NCBI RefSeq assembly: GCF_006345805.1
Contig: NC_043005.1
Span: forward strand, 24,428,001 to 24,492,000
DNA from: Octopus sinensis
Taxonomy: Eukaryota
DNA length: 64,000 nucleotides
Direction: 5' to 3'
The stretch's first letter is position 1. The number at the start of each line of letters is the position of its first letter. The notes below the pieces were generated by a model. The model ran no database searches. It was not told the origin of the DNA and was given only the letters and a program-made list of their open reading frames with translations. Below are positions 11,861-25,648 of the stretch, in pieces. The position numbers and the translations under genes are program-made.

Positions 11861-12545
11861 ATACTAACAATGTATCCCGGTGTTGCCCGGGTGTTATGAG
11901 ATACAGCCATATTGTATTGTTTTCCTTTCTTATGGACAGAATAAGCACAGTTGATATATAGTGAACTAGATTACTAGCGTAATGGAAATTATTATTTGTT
12001 TAAAAGTGAAGTATGGGAAAGTACAATTTGCATGGGTTTGAATGAAAGTGCTTTCTATTCTCAAGGATCACAAACTATGTATTATTTTATCGTATACAAG
12101 GGAGTTAATACGATTTTGCCCAGAAATCCCGTTTTCAAATTTTTAGTTTGTCCCTGTCCCCACCGCAATTTCTTAATTTGTAACTTTTTAACGATTTCTT
12201 GTTATCCATGTAGAAAAATACATAGATTACGAATCTGGAAAATACATATATTTCTTGAAGTTTAATTTTTTCTTAAAGAAACACTCACCTTGCTACTCGC
12301 TTTCAAAAAGCTAAAAGCACCCAATTTTTTCACTTTCGTCTAATGTTTCACGCATGCGTAGAATTCTACTGAAATTGCAGACGTAAAAAATATGAGAGTA
12401 TCACTGGAAAACCCGACATGCTAGGAACAACAGGTAAACGACATTATTTCTGAAGTAACTTTCCTACCCTCCAAAAAGCTAAAAGTGAAACAATGAGATA
12501 TATGTGTGTTAAACCAATGTTTACACGCTCTACGGCTTTATCTGT
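11861..12545 (+). mobile_element. Helentron/HINE-like non-autonomous element (right boundary uncertain)
   Basis: Starts TACTAAC...CCCGGTGTTGCCCGGG, the subterminal hairpin-type start also seen at 20662. Confidence 0.4.
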
Positions 12546-13199
12546 ATGTGTGCATGTGCAAGTGCGAGCGTGTGCACGTACATATATGTCTACGTACAGA
12601 TTAAAGTTCCGCTCAGTCATAGCTATACCAATAACCAGTTGTTAGAACTCAATATACGCATATTTTATTGTAAACCACCAGGTCAGTACAGATTATACTA
12701 TCAATCAATACATTATTAATGATGAAACAGTAATTACGTAATAGTCTTCATTAGTTTATACCTGTTTTTGCTAATTAAGCTTGCTATTAGAATTTAATGT
12801 CAAAATGACATAAATAGATGCATACAGCTTCTCACCGTCCCCCCCACCAAACACACCTTCACACACATAAACACACGGAACACACATCACTCCACACCAA
12901 CTTCGCACAGGTTTACTTATACACATGCAGACACACGCTCCCGTGCGCGCACACAGGCTCACATAATCTTAAGTTCCCCATACACATACGCTGCTCGCCT
13001 CCATTCACATTTCTGTAGCGGGTATAATATGTGGAAATTGACAATTTAAAAGTCTGTTATCAGCATATTGGCATTGAAATAATTTTCTTTTGCCCTTGTT
13101 TATAAGTTGTTTATAATTTTAACCTTAAAGGTATTTTAATATGCTACCACTTTTTTGATGAAATTTCTTTCTGTAAAATAACTTCATCCTATATTAGTA

Positions 13200-14176
<977 letters not shown>

Positions 14177-14480
14177 AATTAGGGAAAAACCACTATTAGC
14201 AAATTCGAACAATGATAGGCGTAAATCATACCATATAGAAAAAATAAAATGTATGATAAAACATTTATCTAGATCACAATAAAGTACATAATAATAAATA
14301 AACAGTATATAATTATATATTACTAGTTATATACTGTTTATATATTAATACGTACTTTATTTTGATCTAGGTAGATGTTTTATCATATATTTTATTTTTT
14401 CTATATGGTATGATTTACGTCTATCATTGTTTGAATTTCATAATAGTGGTTTTCCTTTAATTTATATATATATATATGTA

Positions 14481-14526
<46 letters not shown>

Positions 14527-14661
14527 TAATATATATATATATATGTATGTATATATATATATATATATATATATAACTTAAAGGAAAACCACTATTATGA
14601 AATTCTAACAATGATAGACGTAAATCATACCATACAATTTATTCACCGCACTCACACTAAA

Positions 14662-14700
<39 letters not shown>

Positions 14701-14727
14701 TTAGTGTGAGTGCGGTGAATAAATTGT
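14177..14727. repeat. Fold-back cluster: ~140 bp-arm hairpin, a third partial arm, and a (TA)n-centred hairpin
   Basis: 14177-14462 is self-complementary; 14575-14635 repeats the arm; ACAATTTATTCACCGCACTCACACTAA...(TA)n...TTAGTGTGAGTGCGGTGAATAAATTGT at 14634-14727. Confidence 0.85.
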
Positions 14728-14774
14728 CGTTTAAATTACGCAAAAGTAATAAGACTGACGTCTCATATTAACAG

Positions 14775-15960
14775 ATATATTTGCCAAAGTTACATTAAAA
14801 TATCTTGAAGTACTAAAGAGTAAATTTATTCAATAAAATTGCCATTGGTTTCAACCACAGTCTCCAGACAACTTCGGAATCTCCTCCAACTCTTCTGGAC
14901 GGTCTCCTCGTTTAAGTTGGTGAATGCTGTCAATATCCTTACCTTCACTTCATCTTTTGTGTTACAAGGAGTTTTGTTGGTATCTCATTCAACTGCCCCC
15001 TACACATAAGCATCATGGGATTTGTAGTCTGGGGTGTTAGGTGGCCATATGTTAGGGATGATGTGGTCGCAGAAATTGTCTGACAGTCATGACTGTGTTC
15101 TCATGCTTGTGTAGTATGGTGCATAGTCCTGTTGCCAGACATAGGGTCTTCCAACAGCCAACCTTTTGACCTAGGGCAGCACTACATCCTCCAGGCACTT
15201 GTAGTCCTCCGTGCTGAGTCTTGAGGCCGTGTGGGAAGGTTAATGGCGGCATAACGTCGCTATCACTAGTGATCACCCCAAACAACATGATGTTGACTAT
15301 ATGTTTGATTTTTATCACTCTTAGTGCATGCTTTGCGGACACAGCAAGCCAGCGGTTGTTCTGTGTCCACCTTCTGATCCTACCAGAAATTTTTCTTGTT
15401 TTAGAAAAACCGACGCATGTTCGCGTAGTACGGTCTTTCATCTTGTCCTTGATGACTTGAGATAAGAATTGGCCCTTTCACATATTGTATGAGGAATACC
15501 GAATTTATTTATACACTATCTGCCTGATAAAAAAACTCAGACACACCCGTGTTCATGGCGATGGACCTGATCGACTTGAGGGGATTGTTGTCAATCATGC
15601 CTGGATCTCGCCAACAAATTCAGGAATTCTTTTCTATTCAGAACGATCAGAGTGAGTTTTCCGAGCTTTCGTAATCACAATTAGACTCATCCAACTCTTT
15701 CCCAATCCACTGCACTGTCCTCAGATTGACACCCAAACATTCTGAAGTGTTCGTACCAGAAATTCCGGCGCGAATGCCAAGCATTACTGCATGTCGTTTC
15801 CAAATTTTTGGCAGAGTGAATTGCGTCATGGTGCAGTTTTCTTATAGATGCTGCCCAACTGACCCTACTATACTGTGTAGTCGACAAAATTTAATAAAAA
15901 CATTGCGCATGCGCGTAATGAAGTATACCAAATGGCAACAACTTACTCATTGCAACCTGT
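14775..15960 (-). mobile_element. Tc1/mariner (maT/DD37D-like) transposase pseudogene
   Basis: Minus-strand MTQFTLPKIWKRHAVMLGIRAG...NLRTVQ, IMLFGVITSDSDVMPP, QQDYAP and WPPNTPD; many frameshifts and stops. Confidence 0.85.
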
Positions 15961-16181
15961 GACGAATGCTGCATAGAGCACCAGCATTGCTAGGAATAAG
16001 AGTCAAACAACTATTTAGCTACAGAAAGCATATTTTCTATTTACCGACAAGGGAGACAACCTCACCACCACAATTGAGTGGCATTAGATTGGCATGCAAA
16101 TTTCGCATGAAATTTCTTGCTCATCGCTAATGCTTACTCCATCATGGGCGGTGAAGTTAAATTCTATCCCTTCGTTTATAT

Positions 16182-16182
16182 C

Positions 16183-16243
<61 letters not shown>
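16182..16243. repeat. (CT)n microsatellite
   Basis: Pure CT run. Confidence 0.95.
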
Positions 16244-16247
<4 letters not shown>

Positions 16248-16907
16248 CTTCATTCTTTCTGGTTTCCTCACAACCATTCCCTTTTTTCTCTCCCTTTCTC
16301 TTGCTCCTCCTCCTTCCTCCCGTCGCTGACCCGCGACGAGAGCTCTGCTACTGTCTTTCTGACCTGGTTTCCTTGAAGTGCAGACGGCATTTTCTGTTGC
16401 TTCTTCGCCGTTCTCAAAAATAGCGTTCGTATACTTTATCTCGTTCGGCTTAACAGCCCTTCTTGCCTTGTTATTCTCCTTGTCCTGTCTTTTACTGTTT
16501 ATATTTTGTACTGTCGTTACTGTCCTGTTTTTGTTACCATTTTTACCCCTCCGCAAAAAGATCTCAAATTTTATTTTGCTTTTCGCGGGAAGGAAAGTTT
16601 CTATCGAAGATGCGTATCACCTTCACCTTCGAAACGCAGAGTAGATGAAACCATGGCGACTGAAAAAGGGGAATTTTCCTTGTGTTATTTGTCCTGTGCT
16701 CTATTTTTTCGTTGTTTAAGAAAAATGTCCAGTTCCTTGGTTTTGTGTTTATGTTTACGTTTCTCATTGTGTTCGACGTTTTTTGGTGTCCTGTATCCAT
16801 ATATGTATGTATATATACATGTAGAGGTAGGTACGTACATATATGTATATATATATATGCATATTTTTTATTTATTAATTTATATATATATATATATACA
16901 TATATAT

Positions 16908-17280
16908 AGGCGTAGGAGTGGCTGTGTGGTAAGTAGATTGCTTACCAACCACATGGTTCCGGGTTCAGTCCCACTGCGTGGTAACTTGGGCAAGTGTCTT
17001 CTACTATAGCCTCGGGTGTGGAATTGGTAGACGGAAACTGAAAGAAGCCCGTCGTATAGATGTATATATGTGTGTGTATGTGTGTGTGTGTATGTTTGTG
17101 TGTCTGTGCTTGTCTCTCTAGCACAGTGTGTTTACGTCCCCGTCATTAGCGGTTCGGCAAAAAAGCACCGATAGAATAAGTACTAGGCTTACAAAGAATA
17201 TATCCCGGGGTCGATTTGCTCGACTAAAGGCGATGCTCCTCTATGGCCGCAGTCAAATGACTGAAACAAGTAAAAGAGTA
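16908..17280 (+). mobile_element. SINE family 1, near full length
   Basis: Head AGGCGTAGGAGTGGCTGTGTGG, tail CTGAAACAAGTAAAAGAGTA. Confidence 0.9.
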
Positions 17281-17289
17281 TATATACAC

Positions 17290-17327
<38 letters not shown>

Positions 17328-17559
17328 TATACACAGTTCTCGCAGTTTCTGCCTGCAAAATTCATTTACAAGTCATTCGTCAGTGTTCAGAGCTATTTTA
17401 GACGACACTTGCCCAATGTACCGCACATTGAGACTAAACCCGAAAATACATTTGCGAAGTGAATTATTTAACCACGCAGTTATCCTTGTACCTATACACA
17501 GTCATAAACTTTCATGTTAATATTTTTTGTTCGGCTAATTTACTATCATTATCCTGTAT

Positions 17560-18480
17560 CCAGTTAACATTCTGTTTTTATATATTAATAAAAAACATTT
17601 ATGCTCGTAAGTTCCTTTAATATTACAATTTTTTCTAAACATAGACTGATGTTTAAAAGAAGCAACAACATATCTGCTTTTCAATGAAAGAAATATACCT
17701 TTAGCTTCGAATAATACATAAACCGTCTTCTACAAATAATTGAAAGTTTCATCAAGATGATTATATGAAAGATTTACTTCTTTGTGAAAAATCATCTAAA
17801 GATATAACAAAAGCTTAATTTGGTTTTAAGACGGAAAAAGCTATCTTCCTAACAATTTACTCTGACCGTTTGAAGACGATTTATTCCGTCTAATCAAAAA
17901 TATTAAGTTTAGAAGAAATATCAGCCAATTTTAGAAAGATCACAAGACCACTATCGAAAAATAAAACTTAAAATGTTTCTCTGCAATATAGACAAAACAA
18001 AAATACCTATATGAGCTCAAGAAAAAAATGATTTGTTTATATATAATTCAATCACAAATCTACGTAAATTATATCAGGAAAAATATCGACAAGCTAAAAC
18101 TCAACAACAATGATTTTCATTTGTTCAGTTAAAAGAGAAACACCTTTATGAGTTCAGCAAATAAGTTATGATCATTTCATCTTCAACTCGATCACAAATA
18201 TACTTAAAAAGAATAAATTATATCAATTCTAGAGTTTAACAAATTGTAATAAGACTAAATATAAATGATACAGTTCAATTTGGTAACTACATGATCACAT
18301 TTCACACTTAAAGATCATATTTCGAGTTTACCACATATCTTCAAACCAGACTGTCTAAAAGTGATATAGGAATTATTAATGAAAAAGTGCTGAACCTCAT
18401 CATTTTTAAAAATTAGTCTTCGATTACATCTACCAGTTTGAAACTATACAAACTCAGTAACATAATGGGTTAACACAATA
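17560..18480 (+). mobile_element. Highly decayed RT remnant, probably PLE-type
   Basis: FTLKDH...SKSDIGIINEKVL resembles the FITLKDHK...PxKSEIGKISK motif; recognised from memory. Confidence 0.45.
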
Positions 18481-18680
18481 GAGATTTATTTATGCTTTTT
18501 CCCAGAATCCTACATAATCTTATTCTCTAGTTTCCAGTGATTTAATCGACATTCAGAACTAGTCTCACCCTGTAAACAAGAACATTAAAATCAGTTGTGT
18601 TTCTTTAAATCAGTTGTGTTCCTTATATTTTAACAGCAACAAAGCATATAATCTTGCTTAATAACTTGTTTAATTACTTA

Positions 18681-18963
18681 GCATGGCTCAGTGGTTAGAG
18701 CGTTGAGCACCCAATCATAAGGAAGAGAATTCGATTCCTGTGTTTATTTCACTTTGCTCCAGTTAACTCAGCTGTAGAAATGAGTTGCGACGTCACTTGT
18801 ACCAAGCTGTATCAGCCTTTGCTTTTCTCTTGAATAACGTCGGTGGCAAGAAGTGGGGAGGCTGGTATGCATGAGTAACTGCTGGTCTTACACAAACAAC
18901 TTCGCCCGGACTTGTACCTTGGAGGGGAACTTTCTAGGTGTAATCCTATGGTCATTCATGACT
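18681..18963 (+). mobile_element. tRNA-derived SINE (another family)
   Basis: A box TGGCTCAGTGG, B-box-like ATTCGATTCC, core CACTTTGCTCCAGTTAACTCAGCTG, tail ATGGTCATTCATGAC. Confidence 0.65.
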
Positions 18964-19500
18964 TTTTTTACACTTTCGATAACTTTTATATCACATAATT
19001 TTCATTTTTTTACAGTGAAAACATTTTCAACATGTGTAATTTACACATCTGCTTTAGTTTTATCTTTGCAATTTAGTAATGATCTCTGATAAAAAGTATA
19101 CAATAGTAACTGAAAAACACATGACTTAGAATCTAGTAGGACACCTCAGTCAACACTTTCATTTAATTGCTTAAGCTCTGTCTTACTGTTCTAGCATTAT
19201 CTTTATTTATTTAAATACTGAGCTTACAACTTACAATTTCCTTTTCGACTCGCAATTAGAAGGTTTTATCAAATTCAGTATTCCGTACTTTATTTTATTA
19301 TAACTTCTTCAAGTTTACAAACAGCAAAAATTTACATTTCATTGCATTTTTTTTTCTTCATTTCAATCTACTTTGATATTATCTGGTAAGAATATATATT
19401 TTGCTTTAAATTCCAATGTATCCACTTCACTACAATTTCAAAATAAGATTGATTTATTACTTCTTCACAATACCATAGTTTCAATATATACAAAAATATA

Positions 19501-19681
19501 GGCGCAGGAGTGGCTGTGTGGTAAGTAGCTTGCTAATCAACCACATGGTTCCGGGTTCAGTCCCACTGCGTGGCATCTTGGGCAAGTGTCTTCTGCTATA
19601 GCCCCGGGCCGACCAATGCCTTGTGAGTGGATTTGGTAGACGGAAATCGAAAGAAGCCTGTCGTATATATGTATATATATG

Positions 19682-19715
<34 letters not shown>

Positions 19716-19958
19716 CGTGTGTGTGTGTATGTATGTGTGTGTATATGTTTGTGTGTCAGTGTTTGTCCCCCTAGCATTGCTTGACAACCGATGCTGGTGT
19801 GTTTACGTCCCCGTCACTTAGCGGTTCGGCAAAAGAGAACGATAGAATAAGTACTGGGCTTACAAAGAATAAGTCCCGGGGTCGATTTGCTCGACTAAAG
19901 GCAGTGCTCCAGCATGGCCGCAGTCAAATGACTGAAACAAGTAAAAGAGTAAAGAGTA
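19501..19958 (+). mobile_element. SINE family 1, full length
   Basis: Complete head, microsatellite, right half and tail. Confidence 0.92.
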
Positions 19959-19994
19959 AAACGGATCTCAGCAACAAAAGGTAATTTGCCCATA

Positions 19995-20226
19995 TACTCT
20001 TTTACCCTTTTACTTGTTTCAGTCGTTTGACCGCACCCATGCTGGAGCACCGCCTTTATTCGAGCAAATCGACCCCAGGACTTATTCTTTGTAAGCCTTG
20101 TACTTATTCTATCGGTGCTCTTTTGCCGAACCGCTAAGTGACGCGGACGTAAACACACCAGCATCGGTTGTCAAGCGATGTTGAGGGGACAAACACAGCC
20201 ACACAAACATATACACACTCATACAT

Positions 20227-20257
<31 letters not shown>

Positions 20258-20439
20258 TATATATATATATACATACATTCATATATATATATATATATAC
20301 GACGAGCGTCTTTCAGTTTCCTTCAACCAAATCCACTCACAAGGCTTTGGTCGGCCCGAGGCTATAGTAGAAGACACTTACACAAGATGCCATGTGGTTG
20401 GTAAGCAAGCTACTTACCAAACAACCACTCCTTCGCCTA
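19995..20439 (-). mobile_element. SINE family 1, full length with a short head deletion; tail-to-tail with the previous copy
   Basis: TACTCTTTTAC...ACCACTCCTTCGCCT. Confidence 0.9.
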
Positions 20440-20486
20440 TAATGTATGTTTATATGATATAAATATTTCAAAGATAATGCTTTTAA

Positions 20487-20514
<28 letters not shown>

Positions 20515-20517
<3 letters not shown>

Positions 20518-20620
20518 GGGAGAATTCACGAAAAAAGCAGACGAAGACAGGTGGTGTAGAGAACAAACAGATGTATTAGTATAACGCTCGGGGATTGAAA
20601 AAGTCTTTTACGTTTATAGT
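20515..20620 (-). mobile_element. PLE terminal-repeat fragment abutting (TA)n
   Basis: AGGGAGAATTCAC...GACGAAGAC is the reverse complement of the PLE end at 54935-54968. Confidence 0.7.
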
Positions 20621-20661
20621 ATGTTATTTATTCCATTTTATTTTTTTTACTTTTATCAATA

Positions 20662-21380
20662 ACTAGCAGTATAACCCGGCCTTGCCCGGGATTAAGTTAC
20701 GATTATTAAGCTAATCAAGTTCTTTATTTCAAACCAAACTAAGTAATATAGACGTCAAATTTGGGCGAAATCCGTTGATTTAATATATATAATATAACAT
20801 AAATATATACGGGCAACAGACACGAACACACATACACACACGTACGTATGTACACCTATTGTATGTTTTGTGCACGCATACATGTTCATAAACAGAAATG
20901 AATGGAAAAAATGTTGTTAAATTTGTAGATTAACACTCGCACGGTTTTCACTAAGAAAAAAATCGTTTTTTTTTTTTTTGCGTGGAATCAACTACTCTGG
21001 CCTCAAAACCTTTTTTGTGGTCCGTGAAACGGAGTGGAGTGTGGTGGAAGCCTCGGAAATTGTACCCATTTATATTGTGTAATTCACTGACAAATTGTTA
21101 CTCACCTCTTTGTTTCTTTGTTGTTAAATAAATGGATTGTTAACAAAACACTTTTTTACTCGGCGTAAAATAAAAACAAAACTCTTTCGCACCCAACGTA
21201 ATGTGTGTGAGAGAGAGAGGGGGAGAAAGATGAACGATTTAAAATAAATAAATTATTTAAAATAAATATATTGTAATTGTTGTGTGAGAAAGTATATATA
21301 CTATGATTAAAAAAATATAGTGTCTTTCAAAAACAAAAAACAAAACATTTTACATTTCATTTTTATGAACGTAGTCACTT

Positions 21381-21414
<34 letters not shown>

Positions 21415-21730
21415 ACTTTGTTTTTCTCGTGAAACTCTCTGCCTCCTTCTTCTACTTTTCTTTATCTTTTTTTTTTGTTAGACGCCATCAAAAAGCAATG
21501 GCTGATATTTGTTATGGTTAAAACCTATGGTTGAAAATGGTTGGAAATAGATTTTTACACTATCCACGGGTGCCTCAGGAAAAAAAATAAGTTGACAAAA
21601 ACCAGATAGGGTGTTGATAAATGTCCTCCTAAAGTTTGAGCGACATGCATGCTAATTTGTGGATGTGCATAAATTACAATCACGTACACACACACAGACG
21701 CACATACATCCTGCCTTTTATAGATATGAT
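20662..21730 (+). mobile_element. Helentron-associated (HINE/DINE-1-like) element
   Basis: Start ACTAGC...ACCCGGCCTTGCCCGGG; end AAAGTTTGAGCG...CACACAGACGCACATACATCCTGCCTTTTATAGATATGAT. Confidence 0.6.
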
Positions 21731-22573
21731 ACTTTTCGAAAGAACATGAGACACGAAGTTCTTTCAGATTCCATTATTTGCAAGCTGCCTTTAATATATC
21801 ATTTGATAGAAAAAATATATTAAATGTTTCTTGATTTTAAAACAAGACTACTTTAGACATACTTAAATATACAAAGAGATAAATACATAACATGTATATC
21901 TTTACGTTGCAATATTCTATGCAATTTATGAGTAAGGAAACTCACGAAAAAGCAACGTACTTCCTTGCGTATTGGAAACTCTGCACGTGGAAATCGCATG
22001 TGAATAACACTGTAACATATTACCAAATTTTATGCGCTTTTTGTTTTGTAAACGGAGCTTACACTGCACACGATCCCCTTTATAAGTAAGGCAATGGCAC
22101 CAAGAGATGAAACGACTGGATCATACCAAACTCTCCGGTACTCCGTCTTCCAGTCCTTCCCAACCAAAATCCCACTGATGAAAACAGTTGGCTGAACTCG
22201 GATATTCTTTACACCAAATAGATTTTCCCATAGTAACCAAAGATCCCAGACTAGCTTTCTCCAAGACAGGTGTTTAGATAACTCTTCGAGTTCATGTTAA
22301 GTATTTCTGTGTTACTCCTTTCTATAGTAACATGGTCCTTGATTCTATGCTGAGGTCAGCCGTCATTTTGACAGGGATTTTGTTTGTCCCGATCGCAACA
22401 CTCTTCACAAAGTTAGCCTAATAAGGGTGAGAGGTTAGTCACTGATGACCAAACTCGCTCAAAATCCCATTCAGGACCGATGGACATCGATGTTTCGGTA
22501 TTTTTGTGGCTTATCAACATCAAGCACCTGAACCGAGTCAGAGGCGAACTAAATCACCAGTCTGTGACTATTT

Positions 22574-22805
22574 AAGGCGGCGAGCTGGCAGAATCGTTAG
22601 CACGCTGGGCGAAATGCATAGTCGTATTTCGTCTGCCGTTACGCTCTGAGTTCAAATTCCGCCGAGATCGACTTTGCCATTCATCCTTTCGGGGTCGATA
22701 AATAAAGTACTAGTTACACACTGGGGTCGATGTAATCGACTTAATCCCTTTGGCTGTCTTTGTTTGTCCCTTCTATGTTTAGCCCCTTGTGTGCAATAAA
22801 AAATA
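22574..22805 (+). mobile_element. SINE family 2 (Meta-domain-like core, Tx1-like tail)
   Basis: AAGGCGGCGAGCTGGCAGAA...GAGTTCAAATTCC; core GACTTTGCCATTCATCCTTTCGGGGTCGATAAAT; tail AGCCCCTTGTGTGCAATAAA. Confidence 0.8.
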
Positions 22806-22929
22806 TATATGTAAATAGACTAACACCATTTTTTGGTATGCCAGGACGATGGTTACACTTTCAAGGAATCGTCCACACCACGCTAAGCTGCAAACAAAGA
22901 AACCCCATTCACAGAATATGTATGATCGT

Positions 22930-23618
22930 TAATATATATACATTATATTTATATATATATATAATTTATATATATTATTATATATATATATATAATATAT
23001 ATTATATATATATTATCTATATATATATATTATATATATATATATATATATTTATTTATTATATAGAAGGAGCTTCTACAGGACTAGAACTGTTTCATTC
23101 AAGAGAAATCTTCAGGAAGCTAGTTAACAAGATTGTATTGGCATTTATACATTTAGGCAGGTTTATAGGGGTGGTGGTGGGGGACATGTATATGTGTATA
23201 TATATATATGTGTGTGTATATATATATATATATATGTGTGTATATATATATATATATATGTATATGTGGGTATGTAGAGTTATACGTATGTGCATGTGTA
23301 TATGTATATGTATATGTATATGTATGTGTATGTGTATGTATGTACATATATGTGTGTGTGTGTGTATGTGTGTATATGTATGTATATATGTATATATATG
23401 TGTGTATGTGTAGGTGTGGGTATATATATATGTGTGTGTGTGTATGTATATATATATGTATGTGTGTGTATGTATATATGTGTGCGTATGTATATATGTG
23501 TGTGTATATATATGTATATATATATAGAGAGAGAGAGAGAGAGATATATATATATGTGAATATGTGTGTGAATGTGTACATATGTGTATGTGTGTATGTG
23601 TATGTGTGTATGTATATG

Positions 23619-23650
<32 letters not shown>

Positions 23651-23752
23651 TGTATGTATATGCATGTATATGTGTATGTGCGTGTATGTGTATATGTGTA
23701 TGTATGTGTGTGTGTATATATGTATATGTATGTATGTATATGTATGTATGTG

Positions 23753-23787
<35 letters not shown>

Positions 23788-24515
23788 ATGTATATGTGTA
23801 TGTGTATGTATTTGTATGTGTATGCATGCGCGTATATGTATACGTGTGGGTGTGTGTATGTGTGTATATATGTATGTATGTATGGGTGTATGTATGTATG
23901 TGTGTATGCGGATGTGTGTATATATATATATGTATATGTATATATATGTATATATGTGTATATATATATGTATATATATATATATATGTGTATGTGTATA
24001 TGTGTATGTATATATATATATGTGTGTATATATATGTATGTATGTATTTGTATGTAGGTGTATAGGTATGTGTGTATATATATTTGGTGTATATGTATAG
24101 ACTAGTCTTCTAAGATTGTAGACATGAATCTGTAGGTACGCGTATGTATGTGTATATACGTGTATGTATGTAGATGTATGTATGTATGAATATAACGCGT
24201 GCGTGCGTGTATGTGTATGAGTGTACGAATGAGAGTGTGTGTGCGTGCTAATGAGTGTGCGTGCGTGAGTGAGTGCTTGTGCTCAAGTAGAAAGATAAAA
24301 GGGATTAGCCAAGATGTTTGTGACCAGCGGTCAAAGATAACAAAAGTAATAAATGAATATAATAAAATTAAAATTACGGAATGGGTTTGTAATTGTATGT
24401 ATATATGTGTGTATGTGTAGGTATGAATAGGTACACATATGTATGTATGTGTATATATATGTATGTGTGTGTGTGTGTATACATACATATATGTGTATGA
24501 ATGGGTACACATATG

Positions 24516-24566
<51 letters not shown>

Positions 24567-24775
24567 ATGCATACATATATGTGTATATGTATATATGAGT
24601 ATATAGGGACTTGTGTGTTGTGTGTGCATGTGTGTATGTGGATATGTGTGTGTATGTGAGTATGTGTATGTGTGTGTATGTATATATTTTTTGTGTGTAT
24701 GTGTATGTGTGGGCGTGCGTGTGTATATATACATGTGTGTGTGTATATGTATATGAATGTATATGTGTATGTATG

Positions 24776-24806
<31 letters not shown>

Positions 24807-24819
24807 GTAGATATATGTA

Positions 24820-24856
<37 letters not shown>

Positions 24857-24900
24857 GGGTGTGTGGGTATGTATGTGTGTATGTATATGTGTGTGTGTTG
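22930..24900. repeat. ~2 kb compound (TA)n/(TG)n/(TATG)n low-complexity array
   Basis: Directly visible; contains the left hammerhead arm near its start. Confidence 0.95.
23071..23121 (-). ncRNA. Type I hammerhead ribozyme (intact core); exact reverse complement of 25123-25173
   Basis: Plus strand AGCTTCTACAGGACTAGAACTGTTTCATTCAAGAGAAATCTTCAGGAAGCT. Confidence 0.75.
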
Positions 24901-25254
24901 AGAATTTCCTTATTTACCTAAAACTCTATTCTTCTATATAATTTTATATTGTTTTATTCTTTTTTTATTCTTTTATTTTTTCTTCTATCTAATTTACCAC
25001 TGACTCCTTGACCACTCCCCCAAGTATGATTTTTTTGCGCTATGCCTACCCCCAAAAAGTCCCCCCCACCACCCCTATAAACCTGCCTAAATGTATAAAT
25101 GCCAATACAATTCTTGTTAACTAGCTTCCTGAAGATTTCTCTTGAATGAAACAGTTCTAGTCCTGTAGAAGCTCCTTCTATATAATAAATTATTTTACTT
25201 GCTATGTATTGAGTACCTTATTTACTGTGGTTAACCCCGAATCAACCCGGGACC

Positions 25255-25258
<4 letters not shown>
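24898..25258 (+). mobile_element. Hammerhead-bearing non-autonomous element (PLE pseudo-LTR-like) ending in (TA)n
   Basis: Contains the ribozyme fold at 25123-25173; 25059-25190 is duplicated in inverted orientation at 23054-23185; runs into (TA)n at ~25258. Confidence 0.65.
25123..25173 (+). ncRNA. Type I hammerhead ribozyme (intact core, GUA cleavage triplet)
   Basis: AGCTTC [stem I] CTGAAGA [core] TTTC-TCTT-GAAT [stem II, U.U closing pair] GAA ACAG-TTCTAGTC-CTGT [stem III] A | GAAGCT [stem I]; 6 bp stem I, 4 bp stem III. Confidence 0.75.
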
Positions 25259-25300
<42 letters not shown>

Positions 25301-25529
25301 ATACTATTAAAAGGGATGTAGCCTTTTCTCTACAGAAAAAAACTCCATCGGGAATTGCGGCAGTATATTAAAAGAACCTTTACGGTTAAAATTATAAATA
25401 TCTTATAAGCAAGGGCTAAAGAAAGTTTTCTAAAGCCAATATACTGAAATCCACGTTTAATCTATTTGCTACAGAAAGTTGAACTGAAATGCGGGCAACT
25501 CTACCTTTGGAACATTTAAATTTCGTTAT

Positions 25530-25588
25530 CTTAATATTGAATCAATTTCGGAATCAACACCATAAGTGTTCGTTCGTCTTCAGTTAAG
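25530..25588 (-). ncRNA. Type I hammerhead ribozyme; antisense twin of 25649-25707
   Basis: Exact reverse complement of the plus-strand motif. Confidence 0.72.
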
Positions 25589-25648
25589 CTTACGAGAGAA
25601 TATAAGTGAGATACTCACACGTGCCTCTGGAAAACAGCCTCTTGTAAG

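Noticed and set aside
16506-17009. 167 aa ORF containing MATEKGE
   Set aside because: Runs into a microsatellite and a SINE; no recognisable domain.
22173-22460. Two CTGATGA motifs (also CTGAAGA at ~31008 and ~33152)
   Set aside because: No stem II plus GAAA plus NUH arrangement follows.
22760-24941. Many 150-285 aa ORFs
   Set aside because: Translations of TA/TG microsatellites.
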